Shown here in pieces: positions 17,275 to 27,655 of a stretch of DNA of 64,000 nt. Made by a program: the position numbers and the translations under genes. Source of the stretch: a virus; IMG/VR virus record IMGVR_UViG_3300025276_000022; one strand, written 5' to 3'. The notes below the pieces were generated by a model. It was not told the origin of the DNA. It searched no databases and saw only the letters and a list, made by a program, of their open reading frames with translations. The first letter of the stretch is position 1, and each line of letters begins with the position of its first letter.

Positions 17275-20200
17275 ATGACTAGACAAATCATAGGATTGGG
17301 TGCAGCTGCAAACAGTAATAGTGGTGATACACTTAGAGTTGCCGGTGATAAGATCAATGACAATTTTAGTGAGCTATATACTCTACTTCAGTTAACTGAT
17401 TCTGGTGGAATTTCTCTCGAAGATCTTATCAATCTAATCAATTCTTCTGTGAGCGATCAGATAGGAAGCGGAGGTGGCGGTGGCGGAGTAGATTCCGCTA
17501 CTTTAGCAAACATCACAACTTTGATAGAACGATTAGATGTTATTGATACAATCATTGACAGTGATGTAGACGCAAGTGCGACAGCAAGATCTGTCCTGCA
17601 AACATACATCGATGTTAATGGAGTTGACATCACGGTACTTTCTCAAGACATCGTAGATCTTAGAGTAACCTTAGAGAACAGTATTGCATCTGCAAACAGT
17701 ACTCTAACTGCACGTATCGACCAAACCGATTCTTCTCTTACTGTACTTGCATCTGATGTAACTACCTTGCAAGTACAAACGTCAACTGACATTGGTGATG
17801 CAGTAGCAACTGCAACAAGTTCATTGACCGCAATGATTGTCGCAACCGATTCTTCGTTAACCTCTTTAGCATCCGATGTTGTAGAATTAGAAGTACAAAC
17901 CTCAACTGACATTGGTACCGCAGTTGCAGCTGCAACAAGTTCATTAACTGCAATGATTGTTGCTACCGATTCCTCTCTTACTGCCTTAGCATCTGATGTA
18001 ACTACCTTAGAAGTACAAACATCAACGGACATTGGTGATGCAGTATCTACTGCAACAAGTTCATTGACTACACGTATAGATGCAACTGATTCTTCGTTAA
18101 CTGCATTGGCATCCGATGTTACCGCATTGCAAGTACAAACATCAACGGACATTGGTGATGCAGTATCCACTGCAACGTCTGGTCTAACCACTCGTATAGA
18201 CGCTACCGACTCTTCTTTAACCTCCTTAGCATCCGATGTTACCACATTACAGGTACAGGTTGCTACTGACATAGGTTCAGCAGTGTCGACAGCGACAACT
18301 GATTTGACCACTCTTATTAATGCAACAGACTCATCTCTTACCTCACTAGCGTCCGATGTTACTGCGTTAGAGGTACAGGTTGCTACTGACATAGGTTCAG
18401 CAGTGTCGACAGCGACAGACGAACTTACCGTACGTGTCGATGCAACAGACTCATCTCTTACCTCATTAGCATCCGATGTAACAACGTTGGATAATAGAGT
18501 AGACACTGATATCGCATCTGCGGTCGCTACTGCACGGGACGAACTAACCACACTCATCGAAGCTACCGATAGTTCTGTATCTGCATTATCTACCTCCGTA
18601 ACTTCTTTAAGTGCATCTATTGGTGACCTTGATAGTGACCTTCTCGCTGGTATCTTAGATAATGCAAATATAACTGCTGCGAATAGTATTGCTTTACAAT
18701 CACTCACTTCTCGTGTAGATGCGGACAGTAATGGCCTCTCGATCTTATCTCAAGATGTCACTACACTAGAAGCTGAACTAACTTCGGACATAGCGAATGC
18801 AGTAGCAACCGCAACGTCTGGTCTAACCACTCGTATAGATGCAACTGACTCATCTCTTACCTCATTGGCATCCGATGTGACCGCATTGGAAGTCCAAACG
18901 GCAACAGATATCGGTACCGCAGTAGCAGCCGCAACAAGTTCATTAACCACTCTTATCAATGCAACTGACTCATCTGTAAGTGTATTAAGTGAATCCATAA
19001 CATCATTGAACGCATCTCTCGGTGGCATTGATAGTGACTTATTATCAGACATCTTCGACAACGCTGGTGCAGTTGCGGCAAACTCTGGGGCGATCTCAAC
19101 ACTGACCACTCGTGTAGATGCAGATAGTGCCGGTCTCTCGATCTTATCTCAAGACGTAACCAACCTATCCGCTGAACTAGACGTGATTGACTCAGATCTA
19201 CGTTCACAACTATCTGCTGGTGCGATTGCACGTGAGGCATTAACTACTAGAATTAATGCGACAGATAGTGATCTATTAATTGAGGCTGGTAAAGTAACAA
19301 ACTTAGGTGTTACTTTAGGACAAATCGATTCGGATCTAGGTATTAGAATTGATGCGGAAACAACAGCACGTCAAGAACTAGTTACTCGTATTACCCAAGA
19401 CAGTGCCGCACTCTCAATCTTATCTCAAGACGTTACAGACTTAGGAGTCAATCTAAATCAAATAGATTCTGACTTAGGTGTCCGTATTGATGCAGAAGGT
19501 ACTGCTCGACAATCACTAGAGACTAGAATTGACCAAGACAGTGCATCACTTTCTATTGTATCTCAAGACGTTACAGACTTAGGTGCAACATTAGATCAAA
19601 TAGATTCTGATTTAGGTGTACGTATTGATGCAGAAGCTACTGCTCGAAGTGAACTAGTTTCACGTATAGATCAAGACAGTGATACCTTGACGTTACTTTC
19701 GGCCGATGTTACACGATTAGAAGTAGATCTAAACTCTATCAATGATAGTGCCCTTGCTGCAGGGATTCTCGCCAACGGACTTGCTTTAGACAGCATGTCG
19801 ACACAGATCCTCCAAACTGACAGCGACTTACAAATAATCTCTTCACGTGTAGTAGAACTAGATGCCGCACTACAAGAAGGTATTGATTCTGACTTGGTAG
19901 TGTCAATCCTATCTAACACAACCAGCGACCTCTATGCACTGGTAGGTAAGAACTCCGATGAATTGTTTGCTCTTGCAGGCGATGTATCAACATTAACTCA
20001 ATCAGTATCCAACAAGATTGACTCTGCAACTTTGATCACTGCGACAAGTGCAGTGGAAGACGCATTACGATCTGAGATCCGAAGTGATTCAGATATAACA
20101 TCAATTGTTGACTCTAAGATTACTACGTTCGATCAATCATTGGATCGTGTCGATAGTGATGGTCTCCTTTCAGCCGTCAATGGTGTGAGAGATGAACTAC

Positions 20201-21207
20201 GTGGCGAGATGTTAGATTCCGCTGGTGCTCTTTCGATTACAAATTCACGACTGACGGGATTTAGAACTGAGATCGGTCTAGGTGAAGGAAGTGACATCAC
20301 GACCCTTTTGAATGAGGCCGAAGACGGTATTAGATCAGACATTAAATCAGACTCCGATATATTGTCTATTACTAATACAAGACTAACTGGATTTAGGACT
20401 GAACTTGGTCTTGGTAGTGACTCAAGTGTAAGTAGTTTAATCAATGATGTTAAAGACGATGTCTCTGCTTTAGTTATTCTTGATAGCGCTGAGTCATTAT
20501 TGATCACCAACTCACGATTAACAAGTTTCAGAACTGAACTTGGTCTAGGTGAAGGCAGTGACATCACGACCCTTTTGAATGATGTAGAAGAAGGTATACG
20601 ATCAGACATTAAATCAGATTCGGATATACTGTCTATTACTAATTCGAGACTAACTGGATTTAGGACTGAACTTGGTCTTGGTAGTGACTCAAGTGTAAGT
20701 AGTTTAATCAATGATGTTCAAGGTGGGATCGAGGCTTTAATTATTCTTGATAGCGCAGGCATTGCAACCATTGCAAACCAAGCAGTTACTACATTCAAGA
20801 CAGGTTTATTCGGTGATGAATACGATTCAGAGGGTGAATTCGCAATCGCTCAACAAGGTCTTATACAACAGTCAACGGCAAATAGTGATGGTCTGGCCTC
20901 AGTTAATCAGAAACATTTTGTTTCACTGGACAACAACAATCACTTCGCAGGATTCGAACTGAACAATAATGGGGTCACCTCAAGTTTCATATTAACAGCA
21001 GACAAGTTCAAAGTTGTAAATGGATCTAGTAACGTCTCACCATTCGAAGTTGATAATGGTGTTGTGAAACTATCAAATGCGACAGTTACCGGACAACTAG
21101 ATATACTTAATGCTGATGCCGGTGGTGCTATGTCTATTACCAATCAGACGATTACTATTACCGATGCCGGTAACAATCCGCGTGTCAGATTTGGTAAGTT
21201 ATCATAA
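17275..21207 (+). CDS. long coiled-coil fibre: gp9/gp10-type N-terminal anchor, 40-aa repeats, lambda-J/DUF1983-like C-terminus
   Basis: MTRQ.I.LG.AAN..SGDTLR.AG.KIN.NF.ELY N-terminus; 120-nt tandem repeats; F.LTADKFKVV...PFEV.NG.V.L..A...RVRFGKL end. Confidence 0.75.
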   Translation: MTRQIIGLGAAANSNSGDTLRVAGDKINDNFSELYTLLQLTDSGGISLEDLINLINSSVSDQIGSGGGGGGVDSATLANITTLIERLDVIDTIIDSDVDASATARSVLQTYIDVNGVDITVLSQDIVDLRVTLENSIASANSTLTARIDQTDSSLTVLASDVTTLQVQTSTDIGDAVATATSSLTAMIVATDSSLTSLASDVVELEVQTSTDIGTAVAAATSSLTAMIVATDSSLTALASDVTTLEVQTSTDIGDAVSTATSSLTTRIDATDSSLTALASDVTALQVQTSTDIGDAVSTATSGLTTRIDATDSSLTSLASDVTTLQVQVATDIGSAVSTATTDLTTLINATDSSLTSLASDVTALEVQVATDIGSAVSTATDELTVRVDATDSSLTSLASDVTTLDNRVDTDIASAVATARDELTTLIEATDSSVSALSTSVTSLSASIGDLDSDLLAGILDNANITAANSIALQSLTSRVDADSNGLSILSQDVTTLEAELTSDIANAVATATSGLTTRIDATDSSLTSLASDVTALEVQTATDIGTAVAAATSSLTTLINATDSSVSVLSESITSLNASLGGIDSDLLSDIFDNAGAVAANSGAISTLTTRVDADSAGLSILSQDVTNLSAELDVIDSDLRSQLSAGAIAREALTTRINATDSDLLIEAGKVTNLGVTLGQIDSDLGIRIDAETTARQELVTRITQDSAALSILSQDVTDLGVNLNQIDSDLGVRIDAEGTARQSLETRIDQDSASLSIVSQDVTDLGATLDQIDSDLGVRIDAEATARSELVSRIDQDSDTLTLLSADVTRLEVDLNSINDSALAAGILANGLALDSMSTQILQTDSDLQIISSRVVELDAALQEGIDSDLVVSILSNTTSDLYALVGKNSDELFALAGDVSTLTQSVSNKIDSATLITATSAVEDALRSEIRSDSDITSIVDSKITTFDQSLDRVDSDGLLSAVNGVRDELRGEMLDSAGALSITNSRLTGFRTEIGLGEGSDITTLLNEAEDGIRSDIKSDSDILSITNTRLTGFRTELGLGSDSSVSSLINDVKDDVSALVILDSAESLLITNSRLTSFRTELGLGEGSDITTLLNDVEEGIRSDIKSDSDILSITNSRLTGFRTELGLGSDSSVSSLINDVQGGIEALIILDSAGIATIANQAVTTFKTGLFGDEYDSEGEFAIAQQGLIQQSTANSDGLASVNQKHFVSLDNNNHFAGFELNNNGVTSSFILTADKFKVVNGSSNVSPFEVDNGVVKLSNATVTGQLDILNADAGGAMSITNQTITITDAGNNPRVRFGKLS
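17700..18600 (+). repeat. 120-nt (40-aa) tandem coding repeats
   Basis: TDSSLTxLASDVTxLxVQxxTDIGxAVxxATxxLTxxIxA about 7 times, with further degenerate copies to ~19750. Confidence 0.9.
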
Positions 21208-21224
21208 TCTAAGGAGATTAGATC

Positions 21225-21539
21225 ATGTCTTATTATGGAATGGAAATTATTAGTCCAGACAGTGACGGCAATGGTAATTCGATTGCGTCATCGATAGTCT
21301 TCTCGGATTCTATAAGAACCTCCAACATACAGGTTTATACAACATTAAACATAGCTAGGAATGCGAGTGAATTCATCACTTGTCTGAACGCAAATGATAC
21401 TTCAAAAATATTGATAACCTTTGAGACTGCTCGAGGGTTCTACGTTAGCAATAAGACATCTACGGGATTCACGGTAACTAATGGAAATCAGATGTTGCCC
21501 AGCACTACTGGCACAGTAATAGCATTGAGGGTTGGATAA
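21225..21539 (+). CDS. small fibre-associated protein (MSYYG type)
   Basis: AAGGAG SD; positional paralogue of 33927-34208. Confidence 0.65.
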   Translation: MSYYGMEIISPDSDGNGNSIASSIVFSDSIRTSNIQVYTTLNIARNASEFITCLNANDTSKILITFETARGFYVSNKTSTGFTVTNGNQMLPSTTGTVIALRVG

Positions 21540-24500
21540 TGTCCTACGGACTACAGATTACAGGAAACGATGCCGGAGGAAATTTCACGGTTGCGGATAC
21601 TGATTTAAGTATGGTCAACCTGATAGTTACCAACTCCGGTAGAGGTTCGTCTTTTACATTAGAGGGTGGTATCCAGCCCGGAGATTACATATTTGTAAAA
21701 AGACCTACCGCTCCAAATGAAGCCTACTTCACACCAGTAACGGTTGAGGTAGATGCAAGTTTTGGAATATCCCTTACGACTAGCGTGACCTTCGATAGAC
21801 CTATGGTGTATAGTATTGAATATGGTCTAGGTGGAGAGGTATCTTTTATTGGTTCTGCATGGAAGTGGATTACTGGTAACAGTATCTATGGTCAACGACA
21901 GTTCTACCAGTACTCTGGATTCGAAGTCGAGATGGATTATTTCGTGGTACGAAAAGCATCTACTATTGAGAGTCAGGGACTCAGTACATCTGACGGTTAT
22001 GGGTTTCAACTATTAACAGAGGCCGGTGAAATAGCATTGGACTCCAGAAATTTTACGTCGAACCAAACGTTCTACATCGAAAACTACTTGCCTCCAGCAG
22101 ATAACTTTCGTGTTCTTGACGGTGCATCCTCATCATTGGCCTATAGTTCCGGTAGTTATGTCAATCTAGAATGGTCTAGAAAACAAGCTTCCGTTGGATC
22201 TCCGAGTATGATGGATGCGAATTCGATATCCGGCATATACATTACGGACACATATGCATACACTATAGACGGAGATGCTACTGGTATAGGGTCGGGTGGT
22301 GAACCTACGCTCCAGATATACTCAAGTCATAATGCTATCTTTGCAGCTAAACTAGGAGTAGGTAGTGCACCCCCAACGGATGGAGGTGACGGTGATGATG
22401 TAGACGGGCCGCCTACTGAACCAGATGCTATCACGGGTACTCTAAACTACCAGTCAGGTAGTAGTCTAACAGAAGGCGACACAATATCATTTGACGTAAC
22501 AACTTCTGAAGTAGGTAGCTACCACACACGTGTGTTTAGGTTGTCAGGTTCGGACGGTGGTTCTGGAAAAGACTTTGTCTCTGTTACACATCCATTCACG
22601 TCTACCTCAGAAACAGTCACGTTGAATACGTATGATACGAACTCTGCATCACAAACATTCGATAAGACCTTCAGTCAAGCATACACAGGTACATACACGA
22701 GAGATCGTACCTCATCATATGCTAGAGGCGTAGACTCTTCGTATACTCGCGACTTCGTAGGTGACTTCATTGGGAACTATTCTAGGCCTCACGTTTTTAC
22801 AGGCGACTTCGTAGGTGACTACATTGGCCAGGTCGACTATACTAGAGACTTCACTAGAGGTTCTACATTCACCAGAAACTATTTGCGCACTAGTACTCGT
22901 ACGTCTTCAAGAACAGACCTTTACACCAGGCCTTCGAGTTACCTTGGGAATTATGAAAGAACTGCTACCCCAACCTCTACACGCACAATCACTACAGGTG
23001 GTAGCTTTTCTAGAGACTTCACTAGAGTTTCCACGTATAGTAGAACCTCTACGACAAGTATGGTTTTGGGTGTCGAGAATGGCCAAGTAATCACTATACC
23101 AACCCCGTTTGTTTCATATTACACTAGGACACGAAACTCTTCCTTCGCAGGAAACTACACTAGAAGTAGTGCCGGTTCATTATCATATCTCGGCGAGTAC
23201 GCCAGAACAAGTACCAGAACAAGGTATTCAACATACTCAGATACGTACAGTAGAGCTAGATACAGTATATACACTAGAGATAGAGTCGTTAATAGTACTC
23301 GTATTTTAGAATTTGCTGGAAATTACACTCGAGGCTTTGTAGGGGACTATGCCAGAACCATAACTTCAACGCGTACCGTAGGGATAAGTTACGAAGGTAA
23401 CTATGCTGGTGCCGGGGCAGCTTTCTATATTATGTCTAACGGAGAAGCTAGGGTATCTTCCCACTTGTACACTCGTGTCAGTACCGCAAGTTATCTAGGT
23501 AACTATACACGTGACTATGTATCGGGTGCGGTTAGGACAGAGAACTATACTAGAACCTCTACACGCACTTTATCCTATAGCCGAACGAGAACAACGGACT
23601 ATGTCGGTAACTATGCTAACACCTACGCTCGTACCCGAACCGCAAGTTATACAGGTAACTATACTCGTACTGGATATTATGCTAATGCATACACTCGTAG
23701 TTACACTGCAAATACTCCATATGCCCGAGCCTTTACTAGAACTACGTCGGGATCCTTTAGTGGAACCTCTTACAATAGATCCTTCTACTATGCAAGAACC
23801 TTTGTAGGTAACTACTCACGTGCTTTAGCGTATACTAGAACCACGAGTGCTTTTACTTATTCCGGTTCACCAAACCAACATTATTGGTTAGAATCACCAG
23901 ACTCAGAACCGGGCGGAGGAGGTGAATCTTATGGACTTATACTTACTGAGGTTGATGTATTTACTGGCGGCGCATTAGTCGCTTCAACGGTGTCTACCCA
24001 GTATACCAATGTTAGTTACATACAAAATATAAACGGAACTTACTGGCACAAAGGGCCATTGCAGAATACTATTGGATCTAACAAATACTATTCTCTCGCA
24101 TTAAGTTCTTCTGCAATTGCCCCATCAAATACAACAACGAGCTATACCAGAACCGCAGTCTATACACGAAATCGGGCAGTTGGGTACGCTAGGATAGTTG
24201 GTTACTCGTTAGTTCGTACCGTAAGTTACACAGGTAACTATACACGTAACTACGTATCGGGTACAGTTAGGACAGAGAGCTATAGTAGAAACTTTACTAG
24301 AACCCTCGACTATACTAGAGCTAGTGCTGCAAGTTACACGGGTAACTATACACGTAACTACGCTGGTAATTATGTAGGCAACTTCGCTGGTAACTATACT
24401 AGAGACGGATTTTATACTGGGGATTATACTCGTTCGTATACAGATACTACCACAACCTTTACTGGAAATTACACTCGAAACCGAGCAGCAAGTTACACAG

Positions 24501-25759
24501 GTAACTATACTCGTACTTTTGTTGGTGTTTATGTAGGAAACTTCGTTGGTAACTTTACTAGACCTAGCACTTACTCTAGAACTAGAATTTCTACCTATAC
24601 AAGAGAATCGACCAGAGTCAGTACGTATTCCTCAAGTTACATAGGTAACTATACTCGTCTATTCCCAGGCAATTATGTTGGAGACTATGCTCGTGGATTA
24701 GGTAGCGAATATATTGGAAACTATACAAGAACTCGTATAGCAGGCACTTCTTATACCGGAGACTTTTCGGGTACACGTAATTTAGACTATACTGTTACCT
24801 CTACTAGAATTGCGTATCATACGTTCACTAGTGATTATACAAGAACTATAACCCGAGCCAGTGCATACAGTGGAACAAGAGACGCAGAGGCCTCTTATAT
24901 TGGCAACTATGTCGGAAACTATACCAGAGACAGAGCAAGTACTTTATCTTACAGTAGACCTCTCACCTTTGCAGGCGACTTCGTAGGCGACTATAGTCGT
25001 ACAAGCACTAATAATGCTCTTATTAGAACGTCAACGTACTCACGGGATGTTACATTCACTCGAACTCGTATCGAAGACTTCACAAGGCCTATTATATCAA
25101 CTCGAACCTCTACCGGAACACGCACCAGTTCGTACACAAGAACTGATGGTTCTGAGTATACAAGAGACTTCACTGCTAACTATGTAGGAGATTACATAGG
25201 TAACTACACAAGTTCGTCGACTCGTACACCATCCAATACATCGGAGACAGGTTGGCAGGGAGAGAGGTTTGTTATTGAATTGCGAAGAGGTTCTGATACA
25301 GCATCTATAGCTGCCGCCAGAGGAAGTCTTGCAGTACTAGACTCAAAAGAATTCACTCTTTATGATGATGATCATGGGTTGTTCGTATCTACATCTCCAC
25401 AGGTAATTCATCATACGTCAACAACACATGACGTTACCTTTGATTTCTATACAGAAGGAACTTCATTAGTACCGGCAAGAATCTACCGAGGAAGTTCTAT
25501 AATAGTATCGGACTTCAACCTGTCATCTAATCAGAGAACGACGAAGACTGTGAATGAAGTTCCTCCGGCTGGTTCAAGTTATACCTACAGTCTAAGAGTA
25601 TGGAATGGTAATGCGTGGATAGTGTCGTCATACTACGTAGTGAGTAGAATATCCAATACGGACTATGTACCGCCAACTACGCCAACATATACACCATCAT
25701 ACACTTCTGCTCCAGTATATTACACAAACACTGGCGGCCCTAATAACAACATAAATTAA
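21539..25759 (+). CDS. fibre tip protein: YG(L/F)Q N-domain, split Calx-beta/Ig-like domain, mirror-complementary tetrapeptide hairpin with apical domain
   Basis: MSYGLQI...DGYGFQL..EAGEIALDSR N-domain; EGD...DF...F and E.F.IEL...YDDD halves flank ~860 aa of YxRx/FxGx repeats. Confidence 0.75.
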   Translation: MSYGLQITGNDAGGNFTVADTDLSMVNLIVTNSGRGSSFTLEGGIQPGDYIFVKRPTAPNEAYFTPVTVEVDASFGISLTTSVTFDRPMVYSIEYGLGGEVSFIGSAWKWITGNSIYGQRQFYQYSGFEVEMDYFVVRKASTIESQGLSTSDGYGFQLLTEAGEIALDSRNFTSNQTFYIENYLPPADNFRVLDGASSSLAYSSGSYVNLEWSRKQASVGSPSMMDANSISGIYITDTYAYTIDGDATGIGSGGEPTLQIYSSHNAIFAAKLGVGSAPPTDGGDGDDVDGPPTEPDAITGTLNYQSGSSLTEGDTISFDVTTSEVGSYHTRVFRLSGSDGGSGKDFVSVTHPFTSTSETVTLNTYDTNSASQTFDKTFSQAYTGTYTRDRTSSYARGVDSSYTRDFVGDFIGNYSRPHVFTGDFVGDYIGQVDYTRDFTRGSTFTRNYLRTSTRTSSRTDLYTRPSSYLGNYERTATPTSTRTITTGGSFSRDFTRVSTYSRTSTTSMVLGVENGQVITIPTPFVSYYTRTRNSSFAGNYTRSSAGSLSYLGEYARTSTRTRYSTYSDTYSRARYSIYTRDRVVNSTRILEFAGNYTRGFVGDYARTITSTRTVGISYEGNYAGAGAAFYIMSNGEARVSSHLYTRVSTASYLGNYTRDYVSGAVRTENYTRTSTRTLSYSRTRTTDYVGNYANTYARTRTASYTGNYTRTGYYANAYTRSYTANTPYARAFTRTTSGSFSGTSYNRSFYYARTFVGNYSRALAYTRTTSAFTYSGSPNQHYWLESPDSEPGGGGESYGLILTEVDVFTGGALVASTVSTQYTNVSYIQNINGTYWHKGPLQNTIGSNKYYSLALSSSAIAPSNTTTSYTRTAVYTRNRAVGYARIVGYSLVRTVSYTGNYTRNYVSGTVRTESYSRNFTRTLDYTRASAASYTGNYTRNYAGNYVGNFAGNYTRDGFYTGDYTRSYTDTTTTFTGNYTRNRAASYTGNYTRTFVGVYVGNFVGNFTRPSTYSRTRISTYTRESTRVSTYSSSYIGNYTRLFPGNYVGDYARGLGSEYIGNYTRTRIAGTSYTGDFSGTRNLDYTVTSTRIAYHTFTSDYTRTITRASAYSGTRDAEASYIGNYVGNYTRDRASTLSYSRPLTFAGDFVGDYSRTSTNNALIRTSTYSRDVTFTRTRIEDFTRPIISTRTSTGTRTSSYTRTDGSEYTRDFTANYVGDYIGNYTSSSTRTPSNTSETGWQGERFVIELRRGSDTASIAAARGSLAVLDSKEFTLYDDDHGLFVSTSPQVIHHTSTTHDVTFDFYTEGTSLVPARIYRGSSIIVSDFNLSSNQRTTKTVNEVPPAGSSYTYSLRVWNGNAWIVSSYYVVSRISNTDYVPPTTPTYTPSYTSAPVYYTNTGGPNNNIN

Positions 25760-25784
25760 TTTTAAAACATCTTGATAGAATCGT

Positions 25785-25792
25785 TATAAATA
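25785..25792 (+). promoter_or_regulatory. T4-type late promoter
   Basis: TATAAATA in intergenic gap. Confidence 0.85.
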
Positions 25793-25822
25793 GTATAATA
25801 GAACGGTAAGGTAACCCCTATA

Positions 25823-26302
25823 ATGAACTTGAAATTCGTAGTATACGTAAAAATTGAGACTGGTAGAATATCTAGAATATCAATACCACATCACAACATC
25901 GATAAGGCAGGCATCTCTCAAGATGCTACTATGCGTATTATCCATATCTTTGAAGGCGATATTCCGGAAGGGTGTCATGATACAAGATACTTCATGGACT
26001 ATCACTGGTACAATAGTGAGACAGAGTCTTTTGATTTTATAGGATTATCACCTAACAGACACTCCGTATGGAGTTCTACAGATGGATGGTCTTGGGACGC
26101 AGAGGCATTGTTAAAAGACATCGTACTGGAAAGAAACAGATTTTTGTTTTCTTCTGATTGGACTCAGTCATTGGATGCTCCTTTGACCGAAGCAAAACTT
26201 CAAGAATGGAGAGATTATCGACAGGCATTAAGAGACTTGCCGTCAACCATTGGAAATGTAGCATCCGTGTCAGAGGTCATCTGGCCTACTGCACCGAAAT
26301 AG
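25823..26302 (+). CDS. tail fibre assembly chaperone (Tfa/Phage_tail_APC-like)
   Basis: RN..L..SDWTQ..DAPL......W..YRQALRDLP.......V.WP..P. Confidence 0.85.
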   Translation: MNLKFVVYVKIETGRISRISIPHHNIDKAGISQDATMRIIHIFEGDIPEGCHDTRYFMDYHWYNSETESFDFIGLSPNRHSVWSSTDGWSWDAEALLKDIVLERNRFLFSSDWTQSLDAPLTEAKLQEWRDYRQALRDLPSTIGNVASVSEVIWPTAPK

Positions 26303-26318
26303 AGGATAGGAATATACA

Positions 26319-27647
26319 ATGTTAGCCATAGTAAGACAAACCATGCGGTCTCGTTTAGCAAAGGAATTGTTACAACATTCCCAAAACATATTAGCAAGTC
26401 AATACTTTATTGGTATTGGTAAGTCAGATAGTTTTGCAAACAACGACGTAGCAGTTGCTGCTGTAGACACACCTTTCGAAGAGAAAGAGTTTCGACTCAA
26501 TCTACAATCTATAAAGAAGATTGAAGCATCGTCTCTCGTTATACCTAGAGTTAACTGGTCTAGTGGTTCTCTTTATTCCCCTTGGTCAGATCAAGTAACT
26601 GCACACCCATTCTATGTAATGAATGAACAGAAAGAAGTTTATATATGTTTGTCTCAGGGCGGTACGCAAGTTGCCCCTAGTTTATCTATCATAGAACCTA
26701 ACTATGGTCTAGTAGGCCCAGATGCTTATCTAACACCTTTCACGACAGGTGATGGGTATGAGTGGAAGTATATGTTCTCCTTGTCACCAGTAAGAGTAGT
26801 TAACTTCTTATCATCAAATCACATTCCTGTATTGGTTTCTGAATCAACCGAAGCACTGTCAGGGCCTTTCGAAGATCTATTACTGCACGTTCAAGAAGCA
26901 GCCATCTCTAGAGAATTGGTGTCTGTACACATCGTTGGAGCTGGTAGTGGTTATGTTGACGGAGACGTTCCTATCAGTGTCAATGGTTCTGGAACAGGCG
27001 CTGCCGGTACTGCCACTATAGTAGGTGGGCAAGTGGTTAAAGTAGTTATGTCCAATCGTGGACAAGATTATACTTATGCCGATGTTAGTATTGGTGGTAT
27101 AGGAACTGGATGTGTATTGAGAGCAGTATTGTCTGATGCAAATGGTCTGGGTAAAGATCAAGCAAATGATTTCAAAACAAGTTCAGTCATGTTCACAATC
27201 AAACCAGATGGTGTCGAAGGAGATACCTTCATTGTAGAAAACACATTTCGTCAGATGGGATTGTTAAAAGATGTCACTGATGCTGCCGGAGTTGCTTTTT
27301 CGGGAACTAGGCTCAAAGTATTACCTTATGTACGATTGACCGCAGCTTCTGGATTTACTTCGGGTAACCAAATTATAGGTACTAATTCTGGTGCAGTAGG
27401 ATACATCGACGAGTCAGTAAACAATAATGTTTATTACCACCAAAATGAAAGTACTGGATTCATTCCTTTTGAAGATAATGAAACCGTTACTGAGATCGGT
27501 GGTTCTGCTAGTGGAAATATCTCCACAGTACACTCTGACAATGGCGTTGATCGGTTCTCTGGCGAAGTCCTATATATTGAGAACAGACACAGAATACGTC
27601 GAGATGCACAACAACAAGAAGACATTAAGTTAGTCATAACCGTTTAG
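26319..27647 (+). CDS. 8: baseplate wedge gp8
   Basis: YFIGIGKS, IPRVNWSSG..Y, FYVMN....VYICL, DGYEWKYMF, SGEVLYIENR..I.R...QQEDIKLVI. Confidence 0.9.
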   Translation: MLAIVRQTMRSRLAKELLQHSQNILASQYFIGIGKSDSFANNDVAVAAVDTPFEEKEFRLNLQSIKKIEASSLVIPRVNWSSGSLYSPWSDQVTAHPFYVMNEQKEVYICLSQGGTQVAPSLSIIEPNYGLVGPDAYLTPFTTGDGYEWKYMFSLSPVRVVNFLSSNHIPVLVSESTEALSGPFEDLLLHVQEAAISRELVSVHIVGAGSGYVDGDVPISVNGSGTGAAGTATIVGGQVVKVVMSNRGQDYTYADVSIGGIGTGCVLRAVLSDANGLGKDQANDFKTSSVMFTIKPDGVEGDTFIVENTFRQMGLLKDVTDAAGVAFSGTRLKVLPYVRLTAASGFTSGNQIIGTNSGAVGYIDESVNNNVYYHQNESTGFIPFEDNETVTEIGGSASGNISTVHSDNGVDRFSGEVLYIENRHRIRRDAQQQEDIKLVITV

Positions 27648-27655
27648 GATTAATC

